Of a stretch of DNA of 57,721 nt, positions 28,412-35,288 are shown piece by piece. Each line of letters opens with the position of its first letter. The first letter of the stretch is position 1. The notes below the pieces were generated by a model that made no database searches, was not told the origin of the DNA, and saw only the letters and a program-made list of their open reading frames with translations. The position numbers and the translations under genes were made by a program. Origin of the DNA: a virus (lineage: Duplodnaviria > Caudoviricetes); IMG/VR virus record IMGVR_UViG_3300030104_001324, positions 1 to 57,721 of that record; one strand, 5' to 3'.

Positions 28412-28550
28412 ATTCTTTTTCCTTAAAAATAAATTTCTTATTGCAGTAACCGCAGATAGCTTCACCATCTTTCAGTCTATAGTAGACCCTTGGGTGGTCA
28501 TCTTCACACATAACTGCTTCTGTGTTTACGTACTCTACATTTTCATCCAT
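28395..28550 (-). CDS. zf-CHCC zinc-finger protein (51 aa, not in ORF track)
   Basis: MDENVEYVNTEAVMCEDDHPRVYYRLKDGEAICGYCNKKF...: C...HPRVY...CxxC pattern. SD GAGGT. Confidence 0.72.
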   Translation of the reverse strand: MDENVEYVNTEAVMCEDDHPRVYYRLKDGEAICGYCNKKFIFKEKEYELLE

Positions 28551-28716
28551 ATTCTACTACCTCACCAGTGTTCCACTTGTCTGCTTCCACTTGTGCTTCC
28601 TCCCTTGTGTCAAACAATTTAATGGGTGTGTCCACTGTCCACATAGCACCACACCCTGATTTTACATAGTCAGAGCCATCCTCTTCAAAAGGTTCAATCA
28701 TTACTGCGTACTTCAT
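28543..28716 (-). CDS. Small hypothetical protein (57 aa, not in ORF track)
   Basis: MKYAVMIEPF...FDTREEAQVEADKWNTGEVVEYG, ATGA coupling. Confidence 0.65.
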   Translation of the reverse strand: MKYAVMIEPFEEDGSDYVKSGCGAMWTVDTPIKLFDTREEAQVEADKWNTGEVVEYG

Positions 28717-28931
28717 TGCCATACTCCATCATTAGTTCTCCACTCCAAGCCTTCCCACTCTAGGTCATGCTCAATGTTTTTCCAAGCTAACTCGTACTCA
28801 TAATCCCAACACGCAAACAAAGATTCTGTCGCATGAGTATTAACTATTTCGCACATATCATCAGCAGTCTTTTGAGCATAGTCATTCAAGCTAGGCTCAT
28901 GGTCTAGCGGTAGTTCATTCTTGAATATCAT
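28713..28931 (-). CDS. Hypothetical protein
   Basis: Likely start is MIFKNELP at the MTase stop. Confidence 0.5.
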   Translation of the reverse strand: MIFKNELPLDHEPSLNDYAQKTADDMCEIVNTHATESLFACWDYEYELAWKNIEHDLEWEGLEWRTNDGVWQ

Positions 28932-29923
28932 CACTCCATTCCTCTCATTATGTGGGCGATTACATTTACAGTCCAACCATTGCCCAACATCTTGTATCGT
29001 TGACTGTTACTGATAGGCTTTATCTCATTAGACATAGATATATCTGGATACTTTCTATGAAACCTACCATACTCAGTGTATCCATCTGGTACTGTCTGTA
29101 ATCTCTCACATTCCAATGGAGATAATGCCCTCCAATGTAACTCGTCTGTGTTTATCTTAGGTTCTCTGTGTCCACCTTGCATGGTAGTCAAGGCAGGTGA
29201 CTTGCCTGATGTGGCATACACTCGTTTGATAATGTCATACCCTTTGATGTCAGCCTCACCAACCTGATGACAACCCTTAGTGTCAAACACTAACTGCCTT
29301 CTGGACTTCTCGTAGTACATCTTCATGCTACCCCCCTTGAAGTAGTTGGCATCTACACAGTAGGACTTATCTCTGTCCACCATGCCATCTTCAATTATGT
29401 GCTTGAGTACAATGCCCTTGTCCTCCCACTCCTCAATAGGAATGTTAGTCCAATACAATCTCTTGCGATTATGTGCAGAGAAGTCAGCACTGTTTATCGT
29501 TATGGGTTCACAGAACTCATCTGTACCTAGAGCCTCGCTTATGCCCATAGTGATGCGTAACTCCTGCTCCTTCTTCATAGGTACATTCTCAAACAGAAAG
29601 TACTTAGGCTTCAGTCCACGCAAGGCATCAAAGATAAGGTCAGATAGGTCACGTTCATCTCCATCTGCCTTACCCTTGCCTGCCACCGAATACGGTTGAC
29701 AAGGAAAACCACCCATCAGTAGGTACACATCCTTACCTATCATGTTAGTCCAATTCCTTGCGTCACCATGTCGGATAGCATTGGGATAAGCATACCTACT
29801 AACTGCTTCGGCATACTTATCTATCTCAAATGCATGGTACTCAATGTCTGTGTGGCCTAGCTTATCTAAGGCTAGGTGTCCACATGACATGCCATCACAT
29901 AAACTCGCTACAATCTTGGTCAT
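28931..29923 (-). CDS. DNA cytosine-5 methyltransferase
   Basis: Motif I SLCDGMSCG, IV GGFPCQ, VI FENV, VIII RKRLYW, X LGNGW. Confidence 0.92.
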   Translation of the reverse strand: MTKIVASLCDGMSCGHLALDKLGHTDIEYHAFEIDKYAEAVSRYAYPNAIRHGDARNWTNMIGKDVYLLMGGFPCQPYSVAGKGKADGDERDLSDLIFDALRGLKPKYFLFENVPMKKEQELRITMGISEALGTDEFCEPITINSADFSAHNRKRLYWTNIPIEEWEDKGIVLKHIIEDGMVDRDKSYCVDANYFKGGSMKMYYEKSRRQLVFDTKGCHQVGEADIKGYDIIKRVYATSGKSPALTTMQGGHREPKINTDELHWRALSPLECERLQTVPDGYTEYGRFHRKYPDISMSNEIKPISNSQRYKMLGNGWTVNVIAHIMRGME

Positions 29924-30288
29924 TAGTTCATCACCTTTTCTTTACTGAAATATTGTTTAGCCATATCTTGTGTAGTTATGTACTCCACACCACTCGCTAT
30001 GTCCTTCATAAGATATGGCTTTGTCCTAGCCTTGCGTCTGTACCCTGACAGTATGAAAGTTTTACCGTCCATCCTAGCAGTCTTAGACAGATCAAGATTG
30101 TGTATCTCTGCCCATTGCTCCAAGTCTTTCTCAGCTTGGGTACTAGCACCATCTACTCTTAGGTTCAGCTTGAATGTTACCTCATCATCATTGAATGATG
30201 CGTTACCTACTGTGACCTCGTAACCTTCTATCGCTACCATGCTTTGTAGACTATCTCTCAACTCTTTTACTTTATTTCTGTTTAGCAT
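29923..30288 (-). CDS. Hypothetical early protein
   Basis: Coupled ORF with SD GGAGG. Confidence 0.65.
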   Translation of the reverse strand: MLNRNKVKELRDSLQSMVAIEGYEVTVGNASFNDDEVTFKLNLRVDGASTQAEKDLEQWAEIHNLDLSKTARMDGKTFILSGYRRKARTKPYLMKDIASGVEYITTQDMAKQYFSKEKVMN

Positions 30289-30508
30289 TTGTTTCCTCCA
30301 TAATTAAATCTGTGTAGTAAGGACTATCACAATTCTCTGGTTGTGTAAACTTAAATATTTTTTGCAATGGATAAGAGCATCTCAGCTTATCTATTGTGTG
30401 ATACTCAAGAGGTATACCTTCCGATACGTGCCTATCTAATTCACGCATTGTGTTTACAAGGTCAAGTATCTGTTGCCTCTCTTGTTTTGTTGCTTCGTAT
30501 ATATCCAT
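30272..30508 (-). CDS. Hypothetical early protein
   Basis: SD AAGGAG. Confidence 0.6.
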   Translation of the reverse strand: MDIYEATKQERQQILDLVNTMRELDRHVSEGIPLEYHTIDKLRCSYPLQKIFKFTQPENCDSPYYTDLIMEETNAKQK

Positions 30509-30511
30509 CTG

Positions 30512-30700
30512 TTAGTTCTCCTTTAAAAATATTGTTGGTCGTTCAGGTGGCATAGACATGGGCTTGCTAACAGTCTCGTACATCTCAAAGCACTCGCCTG
30601 CATCTGCACCATACAGTTTTTCTGCATGGGCATTGCATTGGTCAAGCGTAGTGAAACGCATGACCATTAGCAACCCATATACTGTGACTTGTTCAAGCAC
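30512..30700 (-). CDS. Hypothetical early protein
   Basis: Fills the gap between coupled genes. Confidence 0.5.
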   Translation of the reverse strand: MLEQVTVYGLLMVMRFTTLDQCNAHAEKLYGADAGECFEMYETVSKPMSMPPERPTIFLKEN

Positions 30701-31050
30701 TATGCTACTTTGTCCAAGCTTGGACGAGTTGCCTTCAACTGTGCCTTAACAGTCTTCAACTCAGCACGTAGCCTACGTAACTCTTTAGCAGTTTCTGATA
30801 CGTCATACTTATTAGTAATCGCACCATCAGTAATCAACTTTGATGCTCTGTATCGTATACGATTTACTGGCTCACGCAGTGTGTCAGCTATGAACTGTGC
30901 AGTATGGTCTACGTACCCTTCAATCAAAGATATATCGGTAGGTGTGTAGTTATACGTGTACTTTTTAGCTTTCGGAAAGTGAGCAGTATGTGTGCTATAA
31001 TCCTGCTTAGTGTCGTATGTTGCAAATGCTGTGTTTGTTGTGTTAGTCAT
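30700..31050 (-). CDS. Hypothetical early protein, possible HTH plus coiled coil
   Basis: SD AAGGAGG. AQFIADTLREPVNRIRYRASKL is HTH-like. C-terminus contains palindrome copy 3. Confidence 0.6.
   Translation of the reverse strand: MTNTTNTAFATYDTKQDYSTHTAHFPKAKKYTYNYTPTDISLIEGYVDHTAQFIADTLREPVNRIRYRASKLITDGAITNKYDVSETAKELRRLRAELKTVKAQLKATRPSLDKVA
30712..30725. repeat. GTCCAAGCTTGGAC palindrome, copy 3
   Basis: Exact match. Read as RPSLD in the CDS. Confidence 0.9.
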
Positions 31051-31063
31051 AATAATTCCCTCC

Positions 31064-31348
31064 TTAGTGGGTTAATGTTGAGTTGTGTACATAGCTTTGA
31101 ACCTCTGGCTCTGGCTCTATGTGCCATTCTTTGATGAAGTCAAACTCCACCTTGCTTTTTGGATACACCACTTTAATCATGCGTAACACATGGTCAATAG
31201 CTGATGTTCCATCTGTGACTGTGGGGTAGGTATCATCTACAATAACAGTACCATGCTCCCCATCTACAGTCAACCCTATATGGTAGTATCCGATAGGCTC
31301 TCGCTCATCTGTCATACCCCAATCTTTTTTGTATAAAAAGCTAGTCAT
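31064..31348 (-). CDS. Hypothetical early protein
   Basis: Start moved to ATG 31348 after GGAGGAG. Confidence 0.6.
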   Translation of the reverse strand: MTSFLYKKDWGMTDEREPIGYYHIGLTVDGEHGTVIVDDTYPTVTDGTSAIDHVLRMIKVVYPKSKVEFDFIKEWHIEPEPEVQSYVHNSTLTH

Positions 31349-31520
31349 TACTCCTCCAATTATTGTAAATTTCCATTGCTTTAGCATCTATCATATCTTG
31401 CCAGAACTTTTCTGGGTTGTTAAACCATTCCTTCTCTAGCGTGTGCCAGTTTCTATTAACCTCCATTTCTGCTTGTTCGTAGCATCTCTCTTTTATCTGT
31501 TCGTTGTATTCGTTACTCAT
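31341..31520 (-). CDS. Small hypothetical protein (59 aa, not in ORF track)
   Basis: MSNEYNEQIKERCYEQAE..., SD AAGGT. Confidence 0.6.
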   Translation of the reverse strand: MSNEYNEQIKERCYEQAEMEVNRNWHTLEKEWFNNPEKFWQDMIDAKAMEIYNNWRSND

Positions 31521-31571
31521 GTTTTACCTTTCTGTTTTTTTTTTATTATGTAGCATGGTAGCTATACCTTG

Positions 31572-31775
31572 TCAAACATTTATTTTTTTCATCTCTCCTG
31601 TCAAACTGTTATATTTCAACCCCAATGTTTTGAGTACCTCATTAGCTAAGTCCATTCTGCCCTTATCATACGTTGACTCTGACACGTAATCTTTATGGTA
31701 GCGTGGATTTGATAAGACTATTTTACATAATAAAATCACATCTGCCACATTAAAATCTTGTTCACTCAGGCTCAT
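31572..31775 (-). CDS. Hypothetical early protein
   Basis: SD AGGAGG, ATGA coupling. Confidence 0.55.
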   Translation of the reverse strand: MSLSEQDFNVADVILLCKIVLSNPRYHKDYVSESTYDKGRMDLANEVLKTLGLKYNSLTGEMKKINV

Positions 31776-31909
31776 GCTATCCTCCTAGCTTGCTTGTTCT
31801 TACGTGCAAGTTTACGCTCACGCTTCCACTCATCACGCTTTGGTTTTTGTCCAAGCTTGGACACTTTTTTAATTGGTATCTTCTCATATGCTTTAATCTC
31901 GTAGTACAT
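31772..31909 (-). CDS. Small basic protein (45 aa, not in ORF track)
   Basis: MYYEIKAYEKIPIKKVSKLGQKPKRDEWKRERKLARKNK..., SD AAGGAG. Contains palindrome copy 4. Confidence 0.65.
   Translation of the reverse strand: MYYEIKAYEKIPIKKVSKLGQKPKRDEWKRERKLARKNKQARRIA
31849..31862. repeat. GTCCAAGCTTGGAC palindrome, copy 4
   Basis: Exact match. Read as VSKLGQ. Confidence 0.9.
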
Positions 31910-32039
31910 TACGCTTCTCCTTTCCTCTGTTATACTTCGCACCTTTACCTTTCTTAGGTGGCACGATCTTAGGTGATCGCCTATCTTGTAGCATAGTTCT
32001 TGCTATAGGATTGATAGGTTTAATTAGGGGTAGTTTCAT
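31893..32039 (-). CDS. ArfA-like small basic protein (48 aa, not in ORF track)
   Basis: NPIARTMLQDRRSPKIVPPKKGKGAKYNRGKEK resembles the ArfA core NAIEALL...KKGKGSYxR. TAATG coupling. Confidence 0.55.
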   Translation of the reverse strand: MKLPLIKPINPIARTMLQDRRSPKIVPPKKGKGAKYNRGKEKRNVLRD

Positions 32040-32758
32040 TATGCCACCTTTCTAATTACAAATCCACTTGTGTCATGCCTTGCATCACCTTTAGCTTTCA
32101 ACCCTACAACTACATTGGTGGGGTCAAGGAAGCGTAGGTCATCAGTATCACCATCAATAACCTTTCTTCCTAAGAAGCATATAGGCAAATCACCTTCAAA
32201 CACAACTGCCATGCTTGTATTTGTATCTGCACAAGCCAAGTTTATCTTTTTAGCATAATCCATACTAGCTTCACTATATGACAAGGTAAGGTGATAGTTG
32301 CTAGGCAAATCTTTATACACCCTAGTATAAATTTTAGTGTAGTCATAGAACTGCACCAATGGATTAGCTTCCATAATACCAAACTTTTCCCACATAATAT
32401 CAGTAGTTCCATTTAATCTAATGCATGGTTGCTGACCATTCTTTAAGCAACGCTTAGTAAACTTAGTCATATCCTCCTGCAAAATTTCCATAAATAATTT
32501 TCTATTTGTATAGAACTGTATCAGCTTACGTTCCCTTGCTGACTGTACATTATGCATCTTACCCCTGCCTGCTGAAACAAGGCAACCTTCATGACAACTT
32601 GCCTGCTCTGCAAAGGCGCAAGGATTAACAGTTTTTCCTAGCTCCTCAATAAAAGTTTTGTATGACTTCATATATAAAATAGCAGTCATGTACTCATCAC
32701 CATTGCCTTTAATTGTTTTGGCATCATTGCCAACGGAAAGTAATTTGTAGTCACCCAT
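32039..32758 (-). CDS. GP88-family protein (Cys-rich, radical-SAM-like)
   Basis: C-x6-C-x3-C, IRLNGTTD, FYDYTK, YHLTLSYSE, DGDxxDLRFLD. Start moved to ATG 32758 (SD AGGAG). Confidence 0.65.
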   Translation of the reverse strand: MGDYKLLSVGNDAKTIKGNGDEYMTAILYMKSYKTFIEELGKTVNPCAFAEQASCHEGCLVSAGRGKMHNVQSARERKLIQFYTNRKLFMEILQEDMTKFTKRCLKNGQQPCIRLNGTTDIMWEKFGIMEANPLVQFYDYTKIYTRVYKDLPSNYHLTLSYSEASMDYAKKINLACADTNTSMAVVFEGDLPICFLGRKVIDGDTDDLRFLDPTNVVVGLKAKGDARHDTSGFVIRKVA

Positions 32759-32776
32759 TTGTTTTACTCCTGATTT

Positions 32777-32790
32777 GTCCAAGCTTGGAC
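32777..32790. repeat. GTCCAAGCTTGGAC palindrome, copy 5 (intergenic, between promoter and SD)
   Basis: Perfect 18-mer at 32775-32792. Confidence 0.9.
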
Positions 32791-32826
32791 AAGTTAAATG
32801 TTACATTTAAAATGTAGTATTATATA

Positions 32827-32855
32827 GTTATATTATAGATCGTTTGAATAGTCAA
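32827..32855 (-). promoter_or_regulatory. Sigma70-type promoter
   Basis: TTGACT-N17-TATAAC. Confidence 0.65.
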
Positions 32856-32949
32856 GTGCCACCTGCCTAGCTAGGCAATATAAAAACCATACAAACAAAA
32901 CATCTCCTACGATTAGAATTGCACCCCCTATAAATAAGTATAAATTCAT
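32833..32949 (-). CDS. Small membrane peptide (38 aa, not in ORF track)
   Basis: MNLYLFIGGAILIVGDVLFVWFLYCLAR..., ATGA coupling. Confidence 0.45.
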   Translation of the reverse strand: MNLYLFIGGAILIVGDVLFVWFLYCLARQVALDYSNDL

Positions 32950-33179
32950 TTTATAATATTCCTTTCTTCTATTAAATATATAATGTTATTATGTAGCGTC
33001 ACAATTTCAGCGCGCTTTTTATCTAACAAATTATTTTTATCATCTATTAGTTTACGTTGCGCCTTTACCTTCTCTTTGTATTCTTCAATAGTGTTTAACT
33101 TTTTCTCTAAGAATATTAACATTTCTTTATAGGCCATTTGCATAGCGTCCAATTGTTTTTGTAGTTCTATTGTGTCCAT
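32946..33179 (-). CDS. Coiled-coil hypothetical protein
   Basis: Heptad pattern, SD GGGGTGG. Confidence 0.55.
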   Translation of the reverse strand: MDTIELQKQLDAMQMAYKEMLIFLEKKLNTIEEYKEKVKAQRKLIDDKNNLLDKKRAEIVTLHNNIIYLIEERNIIK

Positions 33180-33190
33180 AGTTCCACCCC

Positions 33191-33397
33191 CTATAAATTA
33201 TGCTTTAGTTTTAAAAGTTGTAGTAAATAATCTGAACTATCAAAATTAGTTTCTTCAGTCCTACAATCTCGACAAGCTACAGCTTCAAATTCTAGGCCAT
33301 AATCCCTATCGTCTAAGTAAGTTTGTTCTTCATCTGATCTAAGCGTAAAAGCTTTATTACACCCCTCACAAATTTCAGTTGTCATATAATCTAACAT
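33191..33397 (-). CDS. Small zinc-ribbon protein
   Basis: CEGC...CRDC, SD AAAGGA. Confidence 0.6.
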   Translation of the reverse strand: MLDYMTTEICEGCNKAFTLRSDEEQTYLDDRDYGLEFEAVACRDCRTEETNFDSSDYLLQLLKLKHNL

Positions 33398-33426
33398 TTT
33401 TTAAATCCTTTTTATGATTGTTAGTT

Positions 33427-33440
33427 GTCCAAGCTTGGAC
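33427..33440. repeat. GTCCAAGCTTGGAC palindrome, copy 6 (intergenic)
   Basis: Perfect 18-mer at 33425-33442. Confidence 0.9.
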
Positions 33441-33459
33441 AAGTTGAAGCATATAATTG

Positions 33460-33534
33460 CTTCAGCAAGAACAGTATTAAGAACGTAAAAACCCCAAGCT
33501 TTTACACTTGGGGTCAATACTGTTTAAGCTGAAG
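33460..33534 (-). terminator. Long nested hairpin (terminator and/or RNA processing site)
   Basis: Three nested inverted repeats. The inner CCCCAAG/CTTGGGG stem is followed by TTTTT on the minus strand. Confidence 0.6.
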
Positions 33535-33545
33535 GAACTAGGGGT

Positions 33546-34223
33546 TTATGCAACTTTTTTATTCTTAGCGTTTACCATGTCTAAAGTTCTTTTAGCTGAT
33601 GTTAAAGCTGATATAACTTTTTCAATATCTAATCCTTTAGCGTGACAATGTACGGCCACCATTTTAGCTATTTCAATTTCAGACATTGGCAAGGAAGCTT
33701 TCTTTTCTTTAGCTTCAGTTTCTTCAGTTTCAGTGTCTTCAGTGTCTTCAGCTTCAGTGTCTTCATTAACCTTGTTAGCTTTATTCATTTCAGCAAAGAG
33801 ATTAGTTAAGCTTGTGAATTGTGGATTGGCTCTAGCAAAGTCCATCACTTCATTATGCTCAGCTAATAGCCTTACGCACTCACTAACTCTTTGCTTTGGG
33901 AACTTGTCCAAGAAAAGCATCTCTTTAATCTTAGAAGGTATATTTTTATAGCCTTCACTATGCGCTAAAAACTTAGCGCGTTCTTGAAGCTTGCCCAATT
34001 CATAAAAGATACCGTTTGGTGATATATCAGCTATGAAAGTTGAGTGATCCTTCTTGGCCCTAGCTTGCCATGTATTCCAAAGCTTAGACGCTTTTGACAT
34101 ATCAGTATTTAAAACACTTGAGCCAGTTTGATTTACATCAACTGAACCTTTCTTTGGTGCTTTAGCTTTAACTGATTTAACAATCTTTTTTACATTAGCT
34201 TTTGTTTTAGTTGCTTTAGTCAT
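33546..34223 (-). CDS. First early protein: Lys-rich N-terminus, helical core, acidic linker; candidate DNA-binding protein
   Basis: 225 aa, SD AAAGGA. Function is inferred only. Confidence 0.6.
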   Translation of the reverse strand: MTKATKTKANVKKIVKSVKAKAPKKGSVDVNQTGSSVLNTDMSKASKLWNTWQARAKKDHSTFIADISPNGIFYELGKLQERAKFLAHSEGYKNIPSKIKEMLFLDKFPKQRVSECVRLLAEHNEVMDFARANPQFTSLTNLFAEMNKANKVNEDTEAEDTEDTETEETEAKEKKASLPMSEIEIAKMVAVHCHAKGLDIEKVISALTSAKRTLDMVNAKNKKVA

Positions 34224-34342
34224 TTTTTAAATCCTTTGTTTGTTTAAGTTGTCTGGACACAGCTTGCGCCAGAACTTTGTTAGATCATACATTTAAACTA
34301 AACACAATAGTTATTTTAAAAAATATTTCATATTCAAATTTC

Positions 34343-34356
34343 GTCCAAGCTTGGAC
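34343..34356. repeat. GTCCAAGCTTGGAC palindrome, copy 7 (upstream of first early gene)
   Basis: Exact match. Confidence 0.9.
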
Positions 34357-34906
34357 AAGTTTATTGGGGTGTTTTTGGTGCATTATATATACAAGGGTTT
34401 TCAATCGTGAACATAAAGAGAACAAACGCTAGAAATTAATTTTATGTAGTTACATAGCTAAAATAGTAAATGGCTCTGTATGGCTCTTAATCTGGAGCTA
34501 TGGCCATAGGGGGGTATATTTGCACGCACTAAGCAATTTTCACTCTTTTCACTCAAAACACGCTTTAAAACCAAGTATACTTGAAACAACTGATAGCATA
34601 TGAGTTGTTCACCCTAGTAAATCAGTCTATTTCATTGGGGTTTGGGGTTTCTTGGTGGATTGTTTGGGGTGAGAAACAAAAACCATAGATTATATTTAAC
34701 GCGATAAGTATTTTTTTCGCACGCGCTTGGGCAGGCGTGGGCCGTGTGGGGGGTGTGCGTTAGCGTATACACATAAATACACAGATCAGGTTTTTTCACT
34801 GTTAACCACTAAGGCAACTGGCAGCTATATATGTATCATTATTGCAACACTTACAAATAAAATGACTATATTGTGTGATATTTATGCAACACTAGGTATT
34901 TTTTAC

Positions 34907-34935
34907 TTGACAGCCTTTACAAAAACTGGTATAAT
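34907..34935 (+). promoter_or_regulatory. Perfect-consensus sigma70 promoter for the late arm
   Basis: TTGACA-N17-TATAAT with TGn extension. Confidence 0.85.
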
Positions 34936-35072
34936 TAAGTATAACTAAAACATGCAGCACACTTAAAGTGTATACACTTAAACTATCCCTTATATATTAA
35001 CTCTATAATACATTTAAATGAATCATTTTAAATGGTATATAGGTATATTATACGTACAAATTAAATTAAGGC

Positions 35073-35288
35073 TTGACTTTGGCACGAAAATCAGTAAAAC
35101 TATACACAGATAATGTAATAGAGGCATTTTATGATGCTATACGTACTAATACACTACACAGATTACATATACCTCACAGTGATGTCTTCTACGTAAGGAC
35201 AGCAGTAGAGGCACATTATGGTCGTTCATTTACATTGAAAGAAGTAGAGGACGCAATGAGAGCAGAAGGATGGAGTGACAATGGCTAG
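35073..35288 (+). CDS. Hypothetical protein
   Basis: HIPHSDVFYVR...MRAEGW. TTG start uncertain. Confidence 0.55.
   Translation: MTLARKSVKLYTDNVIEAFYDAIRTNTLHRLHIPHSDVFYVRTAVEAHYGRSFTLKEVEDAMRAEGWSDNG

Larger units (their letters stand above)
34224..35072. other. Non-coding divergence region, probable physical genome ends / control region
   Basis: Strand switch, about 850 bp without credible genes, short repeats and a GC-rich patch. Confidence 0.6.

Noticed and set aside
21962-34358. Palindrome copies as a CRISPR array or as integrase att/core sites
   Set aside because: Spacing is 0.65-5.7 kb and irregular, and there is no cas operon. A fully symmetric 14-18-mer lacks the asymmetric spacer typical of tyrosine recombinase sites.
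34727-34948. 73-aa TTG-start ORF in the divergence region
   Set aside because: No SD, it runs across the perfect promoter, and its composition is not protein-like.
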